Assembly: GCA_016839585.1 (NCBI GenBank)
Contig: JAEOTZ010000056.1
Coordinates: 11,016 to 75,015, forward strand
Direction of reading: 5' to 3'
DNA: 64,000 nt
Source: Promethearchaeota archaeon
Lineage (GTDB): Archaea; Asgardarchaeota; Lokiarchaeia; Sigyniarchaeales; SOKP01
Within the stretch, counting starts at the first letter, position 1; each line of letters opens with the position of its first letter. The translations under genes were made by a program, and so were the position numbers. This document shows, one piece after another, positions 10,448 through 21,238 of the stretch. Below the pieces are notes generated by a model that worked only from the letters and a program-made list of their open reading frames with translations, did no database searches and was not told the DNA's origin.

Positions 10448-11170
10448 ATGATGGAAGATATTATAATTGAAAATATTGATATTCCTGTAAATTCAGGTAA
10501 TATCAATCTTAAAGGTTCAATATATTATACCTTAGATACTCCATCAAAAGCTCCTTTTATTGTGATTTTAGGGGGTCTAAGGGATCATAGAGAAACTCCT
10601 TTTGTAAAATCTTATACTGAAAAATTTGCTAAAGCAGGATGTTATGTTCTATCCTATGATTATCGGGCTCATGGAGAAACTAAAAAACAGACAGGTTCAA
10701 TATGGTATAAAATGGTTTTACAAATATTTTCAGATATTCACTTAGTAATTGACTGGATTATAGAGAAGCAATTCAATAGGCTTTTGGAAGAAAAAATATT
10801 TTTATTTGGCAGAAGCATGGGAGGCGCAATAATATTAACCCATGGGTATACTGATCATAGAGTGAAGAGGAACATAGCCCTCTGCACAAGATATGATTAT
10901 AGCACGACTACAATAAAGTTTCAAGAAGATATTATCAAAAAAATAAGTCCTAAATATTTTTTAAAAAAAGATCCTTTAAATAAAAGAATATTGATCGCGC
11001 ATTGCAAGGATGATCAAAGAATCCCATTTGAAAATTTTTTTCAAATAAAAAAACAACTTGGATTAAATGATGAAAATGCAATTGAGTTTGATACTGGAGG
11101 ACATTCTTTTAAAGGTCATCGAGAAGAAATTTTTAAATATTCTATTGAATTTCTAAAAGAGTTAGAATAA
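10448..11170 (+). CDS. Alpha/beta hydrolase
   Basis: YDYRAHGET, nucleophile elbow GRSMGG, HCKDD, GGHSF. Confidence 0.85.
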   Translation: MMEDIIIENIDIPVNSGNINLKGSIYYTLDTPSKAPFIVILGGLRDHRETPFVKSYTEKFAKAGCYVLSYDYRAHGETKKQTGSIWYKMVLQIFSDIHLVIDWIIEKQFNRLLEEKIFLFGRSMGGAIILTHGYTDHRVKRNIALCTRYDYSTTTIKFQEDIIKKISPKYFLKKDPLNKRILIAHCKDDQRIPFENFFQIKKQLGLNDENAIEFDTGGHSFKGHREEIFKYSIEFLKELE

Positions 11171-11221
11171 AGAAAATTATAAATTAAAAAATGATAATAT
11201 AATATTAAAAGGTGAAATTAG

Positions 11222-12124
11222 ATGGAAAAGATCTTAATCGTAGGACCCGCATCTCAAATCCTTGGAGTAAAAATCGCAAAAGAGTTAGGAATTGAAGCAA
11301 TAAATACTGAAGTTAAGAAATTTCCAGATGGGGAAAACTACCTAAGAATTAATATTGAGGATGAAACTATAATAGCTGGAAAAGAAGTTATTATTATTCA
11401 ATCAACAGGACCTAGTTCGAATAATAATCAAAATGCCAGATTAATGGAACTTTTTATGATGATTAATTCTGTTAAGCGTATGGGCGCATCAAAAATCATT
11501 GTTGTTGTACCCTATCTTGCATATGCTCGCCAAGATAAAATATTTAGGCCAGGAGAAACTCAATTTGGTCATGTTATTATACATATTATTAATTCCTTAG
11601 GTATAGATGAATTTTATACTGTAGATGTTCACGCTCCAGTGATTTTAGAGAAATGTTCATGTAAAGCAATTAATATTGACTCAATGAAACTTCTAGCAGA
11701 TAATATAAAAACTCTTGGAGCAGAAGATATCGTTGTAGTATCACCTGATAAGGGAGGAATTGAGAGATCAAAAGCTTTTGCAAAATATTTTGGAGAAAGT
11801 GTTCCTGTTGACGTGTTCGAGAAAAGTAGAGATGTAAAAACAGGTGAAATTAAGATGTCAGGAAAGTTGAGCCTTAAAGGTAAAGATGTTGTTATTGCAG
11901 ATGATATTATTGCAACAGGAGGTACTATGGCGACAGCAATTAAATTAGCTAGAGAAAGCGGAGCAAAAAGAATTTATGCTGTAGCTACGCACGCATTATT
12001 GTTAGATCAAGCTAAATATCGAATATTGAAAGCAGGCGCAGATAAAATAATTGGTACTGACTCAATTGATAATGAAGTAAGTACAGTTTCTTTAGCAAAA
12101 ATAATTGTTGATTATTTAAAATAG
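11222..12124 (+). CDS. prs: Ribose-phosphate pyrophosphokinase
   Basis: KFPDGE, PYLAYARQDK, VSPDKGG, DDIIATGGT. Confidence 0.95.
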   Translation: MEKILIVGPASQILGVKIAKELGIEAINTEVKKFPDGENYLRINIEDETIIAGKEVIIIQSTGPSSNNNQNARLMELFMMINSVKRMGASKIIVVVPYLAYARQDKIFRPGETQFGHVIIHIINSLGIDEFYTVDVHAPVILEKCSCKAINIDSMKLLADNIKTLGAEDIVVVSPDKGGIERSKAFAKYFGESVPVDVFEKSRDVKTGEIKMSGKLSLKGKDVVIADDIIATGGTMATAIKLARESGAKRIYAVATHALLLDQAKYRILKAGADKIIGTDSIDNEVSTVSLAKIIVDYLK

Positions 12125-12136
12125 AGTATTTTTACC

Positions 12137-12679
12137 TTAATAGTTATGAATTAAATCTAAAACTAATTTTCTAATTCTTTCTTTAAGATCTTCCTTAGTT
12201 GAATCATTTTTAATTGTGTAATCTGCATTATTTAAAACCTCTTCAAGACCAAATTCGATTTCTCTCTTATCTCTATCTTTTAAATCATCAATACTTTTTG
12301 GATCATCACTTCGAGCTCTTTCAAAAAGTCTTTTAAACCTTCTTTTCTCTTCTAGAACTATAGCAATTATAGGAAATTTCCAGTGTTTTCGAAAAACCTT
12401 TACTTCAGCCATAGATCTCAATCCGTCAATAAAAATAATGTTATTATATTGCTTATTTATTAAGTCTACACATTTTTCAGCAATTATATTAGGACCGTTA
12501 TTTAACCTCAATTCCTTAGCAATTTTGCCTAAATTTTCACTAGTAGGTTCAAGCTTTCTTTTCTTTGCCTCATTTCTAATAATATCACCCATTATAATGA
12601 CAGATCCTAAATTTCTTATTGCATCTATCGCTGTACTTTTACCAGCACCGGGAAGACCGCAAATAGCTAGTACTTTCAT
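12137..12679 (-). CDS. Archaeal P-loop nucleotide kinase (UPF0200 / dephospho-CoA kinase-like)
   Basis: GLPGAGKST, MGDIIR, IDGLRS, RARSDD, RDKRE. Confidence 0.8.
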   Translation of the reverse strand: MKVLAICGLPGAGKSTAIDAIRNLGSVIIMGDIIRNEAKKRKLEPTSENLGKIAKELRLNNGPNIIAEKCVDLINKQYNNIIFIDGLRSMAEVKVFRKHWKFPIIAIVLEEKRRFKRLFERARSDDPKSIDDLKDRDKREIEFGLEEVLNNADYTIKNDSTKEDLKERIRKLVLDLIHNY

Positions 12680-12777
12680 TTTTAAAGAAATTGGACATTA
12701 AAACAATTTATATATTAAATCTTTATTTAAATTCTATATAGAATAAGAAATAAAGTTTTAAAAAAAAAAAGGAAATA

Positions 12778-13899
12778 ATGAAAAAGAAAAAGATAGATCC
12801 TTATTATTCACCTGCTCATTTGACATATAAAGCATATAGAAAAATTTGTGGTTATGCTATAAGATATGCAAATGATCATTTAGATGAGAGTAAATGGCGT
12901 GAAGTATATGGTATCTTAATAGGATCAGTAGAAAATGAAGCTGAAGTTAAAATAAAAGATGCAATTCCAATGGTAGTTGGAGATAGAGCAGGTGTAAAAT
13001 ATGAAAATAAACAATACGTTGATATGGCACAAATTGATGCCTCAGTCTTTGAAAGATCTATCCAAGATAAAAGAAATGATTTTATAATTGGTTGGTGGCA
13101 TACACATCCAGGTTTTGGTTTTTTTTATTCTCCAATTGATTGTATGACTCAATTAGGTTACCAAATCCCTAATCCTTACGCTCTTGGATTAGTCTTTGAT
13201 CATTGTGAAAGAAAATCAGATTCACATTTTTTAGGAGTAGCTGGGTTAAGATTAAAAGATCCAAATAGAGGCATTTCTTCTACTTATAATCTTATCGAAT
13301 TGAAATACGAGTTAAAGAAGGAAATAATGCTTAAAAATTCTGAAAAAGAAATAGATAAAATCAATAAAAATATGAAGAAAGTAATAGAAGAAGTTAATTA
13401 TATTGATCAGACACTCCGTAAGAAAGCACTGGCTCAATTACAAAGAAATTTTGGATTAATTTTAGTACCTAAGGAAGATATTGTAGTGACTGATAATGAA
13501 CAAGAAGCTGGGGAGGATGAACGATATCTATATGAGTGGGATCCTGCGTTTTTCAAAAAATCATATCGAATTCCTAAATTTAGGGAAAAGATAGAGAAGG
13601 TAATATCAGATATTTACGACGAGTTGGATGAATTAATCGAAAAGAATGAGCATGAAAAATATAAGTTAAGAAAAGAAAAACTGCAAAAAAAAGTCCAAAA
13701 TATGTTAAAAAAACCTAATGAATGGTATGAACGATTAATGGAGGATTTTTCTAAAAGAATAGAAGTGATATTTCCCTATTACGATTACTTAGATACTAAT
13801 GAGAGAAAAGTAATTGAATATTTTGAAGAAAGAAGTTCTGAGTATAATAAAATATTGGAAGAGCTAAATTCTCGAGTAGAACTAAATTTTCTCGCCTAA
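12778..13899 (+). CDS. JAB1/MPN+ (JAMM) metalloprotease, Rpn11/CSN5-like, with long helical C-terminal extension
   Basis: EVYGILIG...IIGWWHTHPGFGFFYSPID matches the JAMM E-x(n)-HxH-x7-S-x2-D motif. Confidence 0.85.
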   Translation: MKKKKIDPYYSPAHLTYKAYRKICGYAIRYANDHLDESKWREVYGILIGSVENEAEVKIKDAIPMVVGDRAGVKYENKQYVDMAQIDASVFERSIQDKRNDFIIGWWHTHPGFGFFYSPIDCMTQLGYQIPNPYALGLVFDHCERKSDSHFLGVAGLRLKDPNRGISSTYNLIELKYELKKEIMLKNSEKEIDKINKNMKKVIEEVNYIDQTLRKKALAQLQRNFGLILVPKEDIVVTDNEQEAGEDERYLYEWDPAFFKKSYRIPKFREKIEKVISDIYDELDELIEKNEHEKYKLRKEKLQKKVQNMLKKPNEWYERLMEDFSKRIEVIFPYYDYLDTNERKVIEYFEERSSEYNKILEELNSRVELNFLA

Positions 13900-14114
13900 T
13901 TTATTTAAATTAATTTCTTAAAATATCTTAATTAGATATTAAGAACATTCGACAGATTTAGAAATTTTTCAAATCTTATTTTAAAACTTAAATATTTCGA
14001 GATCATATATCAGTTTAAGAATTTAACAAAATTTTATATTAATTGGAGTATTAATTGATATATCATACTTCTTTTAAATTAATTAGAAAATATTTTTACC
14101 AATGATATTCTATC

Positions 14115-14441
14115 ATGGCAAATGAGACAACACTCATCATAAAGAATAGAGCTGAAAAAGAAAAAACAATAAAAAATGCGATTTTTGCATTATCGGGTGG
14201 GAAAAAAGCCCTTTTGATAAAAGGAGAAGGAGAAGAAATCAGTACAGCTGTAGAAATTGCAGAAATTCTTAAGCATAGAATGTATCCTAGTGTAGAAATC
14301 GCCAATGTGTCTTTAGGGAGCCGTCCATTTTTTAACAAAGGACAAGGAGGAAACTACAATAGAAAAAATAGAAATAATAAAAACAAAAAAGATCTTATTT
14401 CTAAAATTGAAATTACGCTTAAAATGAAATCATATATTTAA
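14115..14441 (+). CDS. alba: Alba-family DNA/RNA-binding protein
   Basis: LIKGEGEEISTAVEIAEILK and ISKIEITL match Alba (KARGRAISRAVDVAE...VSTIEIVL). Confidence 0.75.
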   Translation: MANETTLIIKNRAEKEKTIKNAIFALSGGKKALLIKGEGEEISTAVEIAEILKHRMYPSVEIANVSLGSRPFFNKGQGGNYNRKNRNNKNKKDLISKIEITLKMKSYI

Positions 14442-14445
14442 TTCC

Positions 14446-14616
14446 ATGACTTCTAATTTTAAACACTTAGGTCCATTATTAGAAGAAACACGTACTCAAG
14501 CAGTTTGTGAGATATGTAAGAATTTTATTTATAAACGTGTTTATTTCGATGAAAATTCTAAGGAAAAAAGAAAAATTGTCTTTGTTTGCAAAAATTGCTT
14601 AAATAATAATGAGTAA
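14446..14616 (+). CDS. Small 56-aa CxxC...CxxC zinc-finger protein (below the ORF-track cutoff)
   Basis: MTSNFKHLGPLLEETRTQAVCEICKNFIYKRVYFDENSKEKRKIVFVCKNCLNNNE. Starts 4 nt after the alba stop. Confidence 0.7.
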   Translation: MTSNFKHLGPLLEETRTQAVCEICKNFIYKRVYFDENSKEKRKIVFVCKNCLNNNE

Positions 14617-14635
14617 TAACTTAAAATCTTCTGTT

Positions 14636-15421
14636 TTAACGTTCTTTAGCTTTTATTTTACTTCTTTTATCAATAAACTTATTCCAATCAAATGCCAGAA
14701 TGAAAAACATGATGGTAAGTGTAGCTATAAGCATTAAAGCTTCAGTTATCACGCTTGAAACATCATTAAGTTCGACTTCAGAAGCAGAAATTCCTAAATT
14801 AATCAAAATAGGAAGAAAAACATAAAATAAGGTTGTAAAATTTTTACCAATCCATCCAAAAAGAAGACACTTAAAAAAATTTATTTTTTCCTTTGACATT
14901 CCTAAAGCTATCCATAGCGGATCATCTGGAATTGGAAGAGCTGCTGCTATGAATATATATAGATACATACTTTTTGGATGTTCTAAAACTAATCTACCAA
15001 ACCCTTGAACATTTTCTAAAGTTTTTGATTCTGATATTGAAGCCATTTTCTGAGCTCCTCTTCCCAATAAAAAACTTGTAAGTTCACCTAAAGCAGCACC
15101 TAGCCCACCAGCGATCCCAAGACCAAAGATTAGTATTAAACCACTATGCCCAAATTCTGTGATGATTGAATTTGAAAAGAAAAAGAGTATAAAGGGAAAT
15201 GGCACAGGAAATCCGATACTAGCACTTCCAAGAAGACAAATAATAAGGGAGATAAATAGTGCCCAAAAATAATTTGTACCTTCTGTTATATACGCTAATT
15301 TTTGTCTTGAATTATTAATAGCATCTTGAAAATCAGGGACAAATAAATATAATAATAAGTAAATTATAACGCAAACATAAAATAGTAGAAATACAATTGA
15401 AAGTCTTCTCGAAACAGCCAT
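14636..15421 (-). CDS. DedA/VTT-domain membrane protein
   Basis: GFPVPF, GAALGELTSFLLGRG, AALPIPDD, GWIGK. Confidence 0.75.
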   Translation of the reverse strand: MAVSRRLSIVFLLFYVCVIIYLLLYLFVPDFQDAINNSRQKLAYITEGTNYFWALFISLIICLLGSASIGFPVPFPFILFFFSNSIITEFGHSGLILIFGLGIAGGLGAALGELTSFLLGRGAQKMASISESKTLENVQGFGRLVLEHPKSMYLYIFIAAALPIPDDPLWIALGMSKEKINFFKCLLFGWIGKNFTTLFYVFLPILINLGISASEVELNDVSSVITEALMLIATLTIMFFILAFDWNKFIDKRSKIKAKER

Positions 15422-15447
15422 GTTTAAAACTAAATTTTTTGTTTAAT

Positions 15448-15834
15448 CTATACTCTAAGAATTTTAGTATTTAATCCATTCCTTGCTTTTAATAATAATT
15501 CGAGATTACTCATAACTTTTCCTACTATATTTACCTTATTTGACATTTCAAGAGCTTCTATAATTATTATTAATTCATCGGTTTTAGGATTATATACAAT
15601 ATCCCCCTCTTTCACTTCTGAAACTGATTTATTATTTAGTCCTTTATAAATTTTTATACCTGGTAGTGTCCAGTATTTTTTAGAACCAAAGCTAAATCGT
15701 CCACGAAGAATAATTGGCATTTTATTAATTATAGCGTCTGCAGAAAAAGGCGATAGGTGTCTTTTAATTTGTCCTTTTAGCGTTCCAATGCCGTATAATT
15801 CAATTTTAATAGGTATTTGTCCTTGATCTGTCAT
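15448..15834 (-). CDS. Cyclophilin-like fold protein
   Basis: RHLSPFSADAIINKMPI, VKEGDIVY, VNIVGKV pattern. Confidence 0.6.
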   Translation of the reverse strand: MTDQGQIPIKIELYGIGTLKGQIKRHLSPFSADAIINKMPIILRGRFSFGSKKYWTLPGIKIYKGLNNKSVSEVKEGDIVYNPKTDELIIIIEALEMSNKVNIVGKVMSNLELLLKARNGLNTKILRV

Positions 15835-16400
15835 ATTTTATAAATAAAGTAAATACAGATTTATATATTGTTTCAAAATGAAAATTATTTTAAACTTCAA
15901 AAATTGTGCTTTAAAGGTATGAATATGCTTTAAATTTTAATAAAAACATTTAAATAGTCAAATTGTTATATATTTAATTGGATGGATAATAGGTCTAATA
16001 ATGCATTGGAGTAGTTACATAAAATCAAATCAAATAACAACAAATTTGTAACAATATTTCTAATGTAATCGTTATTTCCGACAATATTTTTTTATTTGAT
16101 ATCTCAAGGAGTAAATAAATACTCTGTATCTTTTCTAAAGTTATTTCATGATGTTCCTGTAGTATCTTATACAGTAGAACTAAATATAAACATCTAAGCG
16201 AGCAGTTTTAATGGATTTACGCTTATATTACTGATGAAAATAGAGATTCACACACTTTGTTACTCAAATTCTTGTCGAGCGTGTATTTTTTTTTTGAAAC
16301 ACGAGACATTAAAACAGAGTCTAACATTAAAAAATGTGTGCTAAAGAATAGGAGCTTTGATTACAGATTTGTTTCATATGGGTATAATATCGTTAATTCC

Positions 16401-17327
16401 TTACTTACTACAAATCTGAGTAATATCTGAGTTCCTATTGTCCATCTTTTTTTTTTTAATATTATAATTAGACAAATCCAATTTAGAATCAATATCATAA
16501 AATTCAAATCTATTATCAATTTCAACGGCAATTATTTTTTCTCCATTATTAATCATATAATTAATAATTTCCCATATTGTGTTTACTGAGACTTTTCCTT
16601 TTAATTTTAAAAACTCACTCACTATTTTGAAATTAAATAAGAATACTGGTATTGCTTGCCTTATAAACTCTATATCTTGAAAAACTCTCAAATCTTCTTG
16701 TTGAATTGCTCTTAAAAAGGTTTTCGAATTTTTTCTTTCAATTTGGATAATTGATATGAACTTGGGGGATTTTTGAATAATCTTGTTATGTTTTTCTTTT
16801 AAAATATTAACTTTTATTTTTCTGTAAAAAATTATTGGATATTCTTGAATGAGATTAGAATTATTCATTAGTGTAATAATAAGTTCATTTAGAAGACTAA
16901 ACTCAAATATTGTGTCTCCAGGAATTACGAGAAATAGATTACTTTTCTTAAAAATCATATTATTCTTAGTTATAGATAAGAATGAATATAAAGGACCTAA
17001 CTTATAATCAATACCTGAATCAATAATTAATAATCTAGCTGTTAGGTATTTTTTTGTTTTTTTAAGTGAAGAAATAAATTCATCAATTTGATATCCTAAA
17101 TGTCCTTTAATTACTGCTATTTGGTTTATTCCTAGCTTTATAAAATTATTTATGGTATGATGTAAAATCGTACTATTATTTAAAGATTTAATTTTCAATA
17201 ATGGTTTTGGTATATTTTGAGTGATTTCCTTGAAGCGTGTTCCCTCTCCTGCGCATAAAATAATAATTGAGATTTTACTTCGAATTTCATTCTTCAGTGG
17301 TAACAATTGTATTCCCTTCCTTATCAA
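16401..17327 (-). CDS. Nucleotidyltransferase (NTP_transferase family)
   Basis: IIILCAGEGTRF...IPKPLL, PGD, DID. The real start is probably downstream of the overlap with map. Confidence 0.85.
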   Translation of the reverse strand: MIRKGIQLLPLKNEIRSKISIIILCAGEGTRFKEITQNIPKPLLKIKSLNNSTILHHTINNFIKLGINQIAVIKGHLGYQIDEFISSLKKTKKYLTARLLIIDSGIDYKLGPLYSFLSITKNNMIFKKSNLFLVIPGDTIFEFSLLNELIITLMNNSNLIQEYPIIFYRKIKVNILKEKHNKIIQKSPKFISIIQIERKNSKTFLRAIQQEDLRVFQDIEFIRQAIPVFLFNFKIVSEFLKLKGKVSVNTIWEIINYMINNGEKIIAVEIDNRFEFYDIDSKLDLSNYNIKKKKMDNRNSDITQICSK

Positions 17328-18204
17328 TTACTATTGTGTGCTCTTGTTGAGCTACGGGTTCACGAGTTCTTTCTATTAAAATAGGATATTTATCAAGGAT
17401 TTGTTTTCTTAGAAAATCATTAACAATTCTCATTATTCTATTCTTAGGTATTAAATTGTTATTTTCAATCCATCTTGGTGAAAATGGAAGTCGTCTAAAG
17501 TTTTTTTCAATTTTATTCATATAGTTTTGTAGCTCATAGGGCATATTTTTCTTTACTTTTTTAACAAATCGATATATATAGGCATGATCTCCATTTTCAA
17601 CTAATCCTTCTCCTGAAGTTGCAAATGGTTCACATGCAAATGCATCTCCAGATTTTAATATATTGTTATGCCTTTTTTCCAAATAATTTGGTATAAATGG
17701 GCCTGCATGGAGATTATATTGCTTCAATTCATGACCGCCAAGATTTCTAATTGGTTTTAAGCCATAGCTTTTAATTTTATCTTCAATTGCACCTCCTAAC
17801 TCATATAATTTAGTACCAGGCTTAAATAGAGCAATTGCAGCTTCAAGACCTTCTTCTGCCGCATCTATATAATTTTGTAGCTTTGGATCTCCATCAATAT
17901 TTATTGTAAAAGCAGAATCTGCTATATAACCGTTAAAGTGAGACCCCAAATCAATTTTTAACAAACCTCTTTCTGGAACAATAGTATCATCATCAATTGG
18001 CGGACTATAGTGGGCAGCTATCTCATTTAAAGACATATTAATAGGAAAAGACAAATTTGCACCGTTTTTTATAATTTCAGCTTCACATTTATTAGCAATT
18101 TCTAAAAACAATGCACCAGGATGAATAATTTTTCTTGCTAACTTCTTGGCAGCTATTACTGCTTTTCCAGCCTTAATATAATCTTGAATATAATCTTCAC
18201 TCAT
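17287..18204 (-). CDS. map: Methionine aminopeptidase type II
   Basis: AAHYSP, KIDLGSHFNGYIADSAFT, NLGGH, LHAG, EPFATSG, QQEHT. Confidence 0.95.
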   Translation of the reverse strand: MSEDYIQDYIKAGKAVIAAKKLARKIIHPGALFLEIANKCEAEIIKNGANLSFPINMSLNEIAAHYSPPIDDDTIVPERGLLKIDLGSHFNGYIADSAFTINIDGDPKLQNYIDAAEEGLEAAIALFKPGTKLYELGGAIEDKIKSYGLKPIRNLGGHELKQYNLHAGPFIPNYLEKRHNNILKSGDAFACEPFATSGEGLVENGDHAYIYRFVKKVKKNMPYELQNYMNKIEKNFRRLPFSPRWIENNNLIPKNRIMRIVNDFLRKQILDKYPILIERTREPVAQQEHTIVIDKEGNTIVTTEE

Positions 18205-18244
18205 AATTTAAATATTAATAAGGTTATTTTTAGATTTTAAAAAA

Positions 18245-19564
18245 CTAAGGAGTTAAGCGATCTGGAGTACGTGGATAAAATATTGATTCCCGAATATCAT
18301 CTAATCCACATAAAAAAGTGATCCAACGGTCTATCCCTAAGCCAAATCCAGCATGAGGTGGCATTCCAAAATCAAATACTTTAAGGTGGGACTTAAAAGA
18401 TATAGGATTTAAGCCTTTAGATTCAAGCGCAGCAATTAGGTGATCTTTATTATGGACTCGCGATCCACCTGAAGTTAATTCAAGCCATCCCATTTGTAAG
18501 TCGAAAGATTCACTATATTTTGGATTTTTGGAATGCATAATATAAAATGGTTTTATTATCATTGGCCAGTGAGTAATATAATAATATTCTGTTAATTCAT
18601 TCCCTAATTTACGATAAGCTTCTGTTGATATATCTTCACCCCATTCTATATTTAGACTAAATTTGTTTTCTATTAGTTCAAGGATCTCATCATATTTATA
18701 TCTGGGAAAAGGAATTTCAGGAATAATGGTTTTATTCTCCATATTTAGAAATCTTAAAGCAGTAATTTGATTTTCTCTGATATCCTTAATAACTTTATGA
18801 ACTAGTTCTTCTAATACCGTAAGAACATCATACATATTTGAAAACGCCATCTCAACATCTAAAGTAAAAATTTCACATACATGTCGCCTGGTACGACTTT
18901 TCTCTGCCCTGAAAGCTGGGCTAATTTCATAAACCCGTTCGTAAACACCACTAAGTTGTTCTTTGTAAAGTTGAGCAGATTGTGTTAAAAAAGCTTCTTT
19001 ATCAAAATACATTATCGGAAATAATTCTGTACCTCCTTCTGTGGCTGAACCAATTATTTTTGGAGTTGTTATTTCTGTGAAGTCTCTCTCAGTTAGAAAT
19101 TTTCTAATAGAATTTAACACCTGACCTCTAATATCAAAAATTGCTTGATTTCTCTGTGATCTTAAATCTAAAGGTCGATTATTTAATCTCAAATCTAATT
19201 CAGATATAGTTTCCCCCGTCATATCAATAGGAAGTTTTTCAGGGGTTTTATTTAGGATTTTAATATCTGAGGGGATTATTTCGATTCCTCCTGGAGCTTT
19301 TTTGAACGTTTTGACTTTACCCTTAACCATAATGCAATATTGATATCCAAGCTTAGCTTTTTCAAACAGCTCATCGGAAATATCACCTTTTTTTAAAGTA
19401 ATTTGACGTTCTCCGTACTTGTCCTGAAGATTTATAAACTTTAAACCACCCAAATCTCTATAATTTCTAACCCATCCACCTAATATAACTTCTTGGCCAA
19501 CTAATTCAGGAGAGACATCTTTAGTATAATGTGTTTTTCTCCAATCACCCAACTCATCTAGCAT
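18245..19564 (-). CDS. aspS: Aspartyl-tRNA synthetase (archaeal type)
   Basis: OB-fold [54 protein letters not shown]. Confidence 0.93.
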   Translation of the reverse strand: MLDELGDWRKTHYTKDVSPELVGQEVILGGWVRNYRDLGGLKFINLQDKYGERQITLKKGDISDELFEKAKLGYQYCIMVKGKVKTFKKAPGGIEIIPSDIKILNKTPEKLPIDMTGETISELDLRLNNRPLDLRSQRNQAIFDIRGQVLNSIRKFLTERDFTEITTPKIIGSATEGGTELFPIMYFDKEAFLTQSAQLYKEQLSGVYERVYEISPAFRAEKSRTRRHVCEIFTLDVEMAFSNMYDVLTVLEELVHKVIKDIRENQITALRFLNMENKTIIPEIPFPRYKYDEILELIENKFSLNIEWGEDISTEAYRKLGNELTEYYYITHWPMIIKPFYIMHSKNPKYSESFDLQMGWLELTSGGSRVHNKDHLIAALESKGLNPISFKSHLKVFDFGMPPHAGFGLGIDRWITFLCGLDDIRESIFYPRTPDRLTP

Positions 19565-19652
19565 TATTCTGTAGCCATTTGTATTTTTTTATAATTAATT
19601 TTGCAAAAAGTTGAATAAAAATTAAATTTTTGCCATCTTATTAAGTGGTAAT

Positions 19653-21218
19653 ATGATAAAATTTAATTGGGAAGGTAAAAGAAAAGCTATTGAATTTCTG
19701 AATTCACTGGAACATGAAAAAAAATACGAGTTTAAAGTAATTGAATCAATATTGGCTCCTAAAAATGAAAATATTGAGCGTGACTCTAATTTAATTTATC
19801 AAAATGGTAAAAAAGAATTAAGAAATCTTAAAAAAGAGCAAAGTTGGGAAAACCAGCTTTATTGGGGAGATAATTATGTAGTAATGAAATTTTTAATACA
19901 AAAATTTAGAGAAAAAATTAACCTAATTTATTTTGATCCACCTTTTGCTACTGGTGGAGATTTCAATTACATAATACAAATAGGTGAAAGTGAAGCTTCT
20001 AAAAGTTCGAGTAAATGGTTAAGAAAAACTGCTTATAGTGATACTTGGAAAGAAGGTTTTGAATCATATCTTAATTTTATGTATGAAAGGTTATTGCTAA
20101 TGAAAGAACTCCTAAGCCAAGAAGGAAGCATCTACGTACATCTTGATTGGCATATGGGGCATTATATAAAGATACTTATGGATGAAATTTTTGGAGTTGA
20201 TAATTTTGGAAATGAAATAATATGGGCATATCCAGCCGCTTCTGTCCAGACTAGACGATTCTTTATACGTTCCTTTGATATTCTATTATTTTATACTAAA
20301 TCAAATAATTACACTTTTAATGACGATCCTAATATTTATATGGAATATTCAGATCGAGTCAAGAAAGCATTAAAGAAAGATGATAAAGGGACTTACTATT
20401 ATCGGGGTGGAAGCCATAATGGTAAGAAATTATCACAGAAAGTGTATATCAAAGAAAAAGGAATATTTCCACGAGATGTATGGAATGATATTCCCTATGT
20501 AAGAGCAAATACTATAGAATACCAAGGATTTTCTACTCAAAAGCCAGAACGCCTATTAAAAAGGATTATATTAGCATCTACAAATAAGAATGACCTTATT
20601 GCAGATTTTTTTTGCGGTTCAGGTACGACTTTAACAGTTGCAGAAAAACTTGATAGACGTTGGATTGGGTGCGATATTGCCAAGCACGCCATTCATATAT
20701 CAAAGAAAAGACTGCTCGATATTTATAATAGTAATGATATGTTCAATTGGAAAAATATTTATGGAAAAGATATTGGTCCATTTAAGATTCTACAAATTAA
20801 TGAACCCAAAAAAGTACAATTAATCCCTACAGAATTCTTGGCGAAAGGGATTAACCATGAAATTAAGTTAAATACTTTCGAAAAGCCTAGTTTTAATGTA
20901 AAAATTGAAAAAAAAGATAATAAAGCATTTTGTGAATTGACTGATTATTCTTTTCCATATGAAAATTTAATTTCTGATAATCTTAAAAAAAATATCAAAA
21001 AATGGACGGATTGGATCGATTATTGGGCAATAGATTTTGATAATAAGAGTGATATTTTCATTGTCATGTGGGTTTCTTATAGAACTCGTAAAAATCGAGG
21101 TTTAAAATTAATCTCAACACCTTATAATTTTTCTAAAAAAAAATCCTATAAGGTTTTAATAAAAGTTATTGATATTTTTGGTATAGAAACTGTCCAAAAA
21201 TACAATATCGCACTTTAA
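19653..21218 (+). CDS. Site-specific DNA amino-methyltransferase (beta class, Mod-like)
   Basis: IYFDPPF (motif IV) precedes TQKPERLL and DFFCGSGTT (motif I). C-terminal WIDYWAIDF...VIDIFG domain. Confidence 0.9.
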   Translation: MIKFNWEGKRKAIEFLNSLEHEKKYEFKVIESILAPKNENIERDSNLIYQNGKKELRNLKKEQSWENQLYWGDNYVVMKFLIQKFREKINLIYFDPPFATGGDFNYIIQIGESEASKSSSKWLRKTAYSDTWKEGFESYLNFMYERLLLMKELLSQEGSIYVHLDWHMGHYIKILMDEIFGVDNFGNEIIWAYPAASVQTRRFFIRSFDILLFYTKSNNYTFNDDPNIYMEYSDRVKKALKKDDKGTYYYRGGSHNGKKLSQKVYIKEKGIFPRDVWNDIPYVRANTIEYQGFSTQKPERLLKRIILASTNKNDLIADFFCGSGTTLTVAEKLDRRWIGCDIAKHAIHISKKRLLDIYNSNDMFNWKNIYGKDIGPFKILQINEPKKVQLIPTEFLAKGINHEIKLNTFEKPSFNVKIEKKDNKAFCELTDYSFPYENLISDNLKKNIKKWTDWIDYWAIDFDNKSDIFIVMWVSYRTRKNRGLKLISTPYNFSKKKSYKVLIKVIDIFGIETVQKYNIAL

Positions 21219-21238
21219 TTTTCTCTTAATCGATGGAA

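Noticed and set aside
15840-16400. 560-bp non-coding gap as an ncRNA or intron-split gene
   Set aside because: All frames I read are broken by several stops, with no GC-rich stems or BHB visible. It may be a decayed gene, but I cannot support that.
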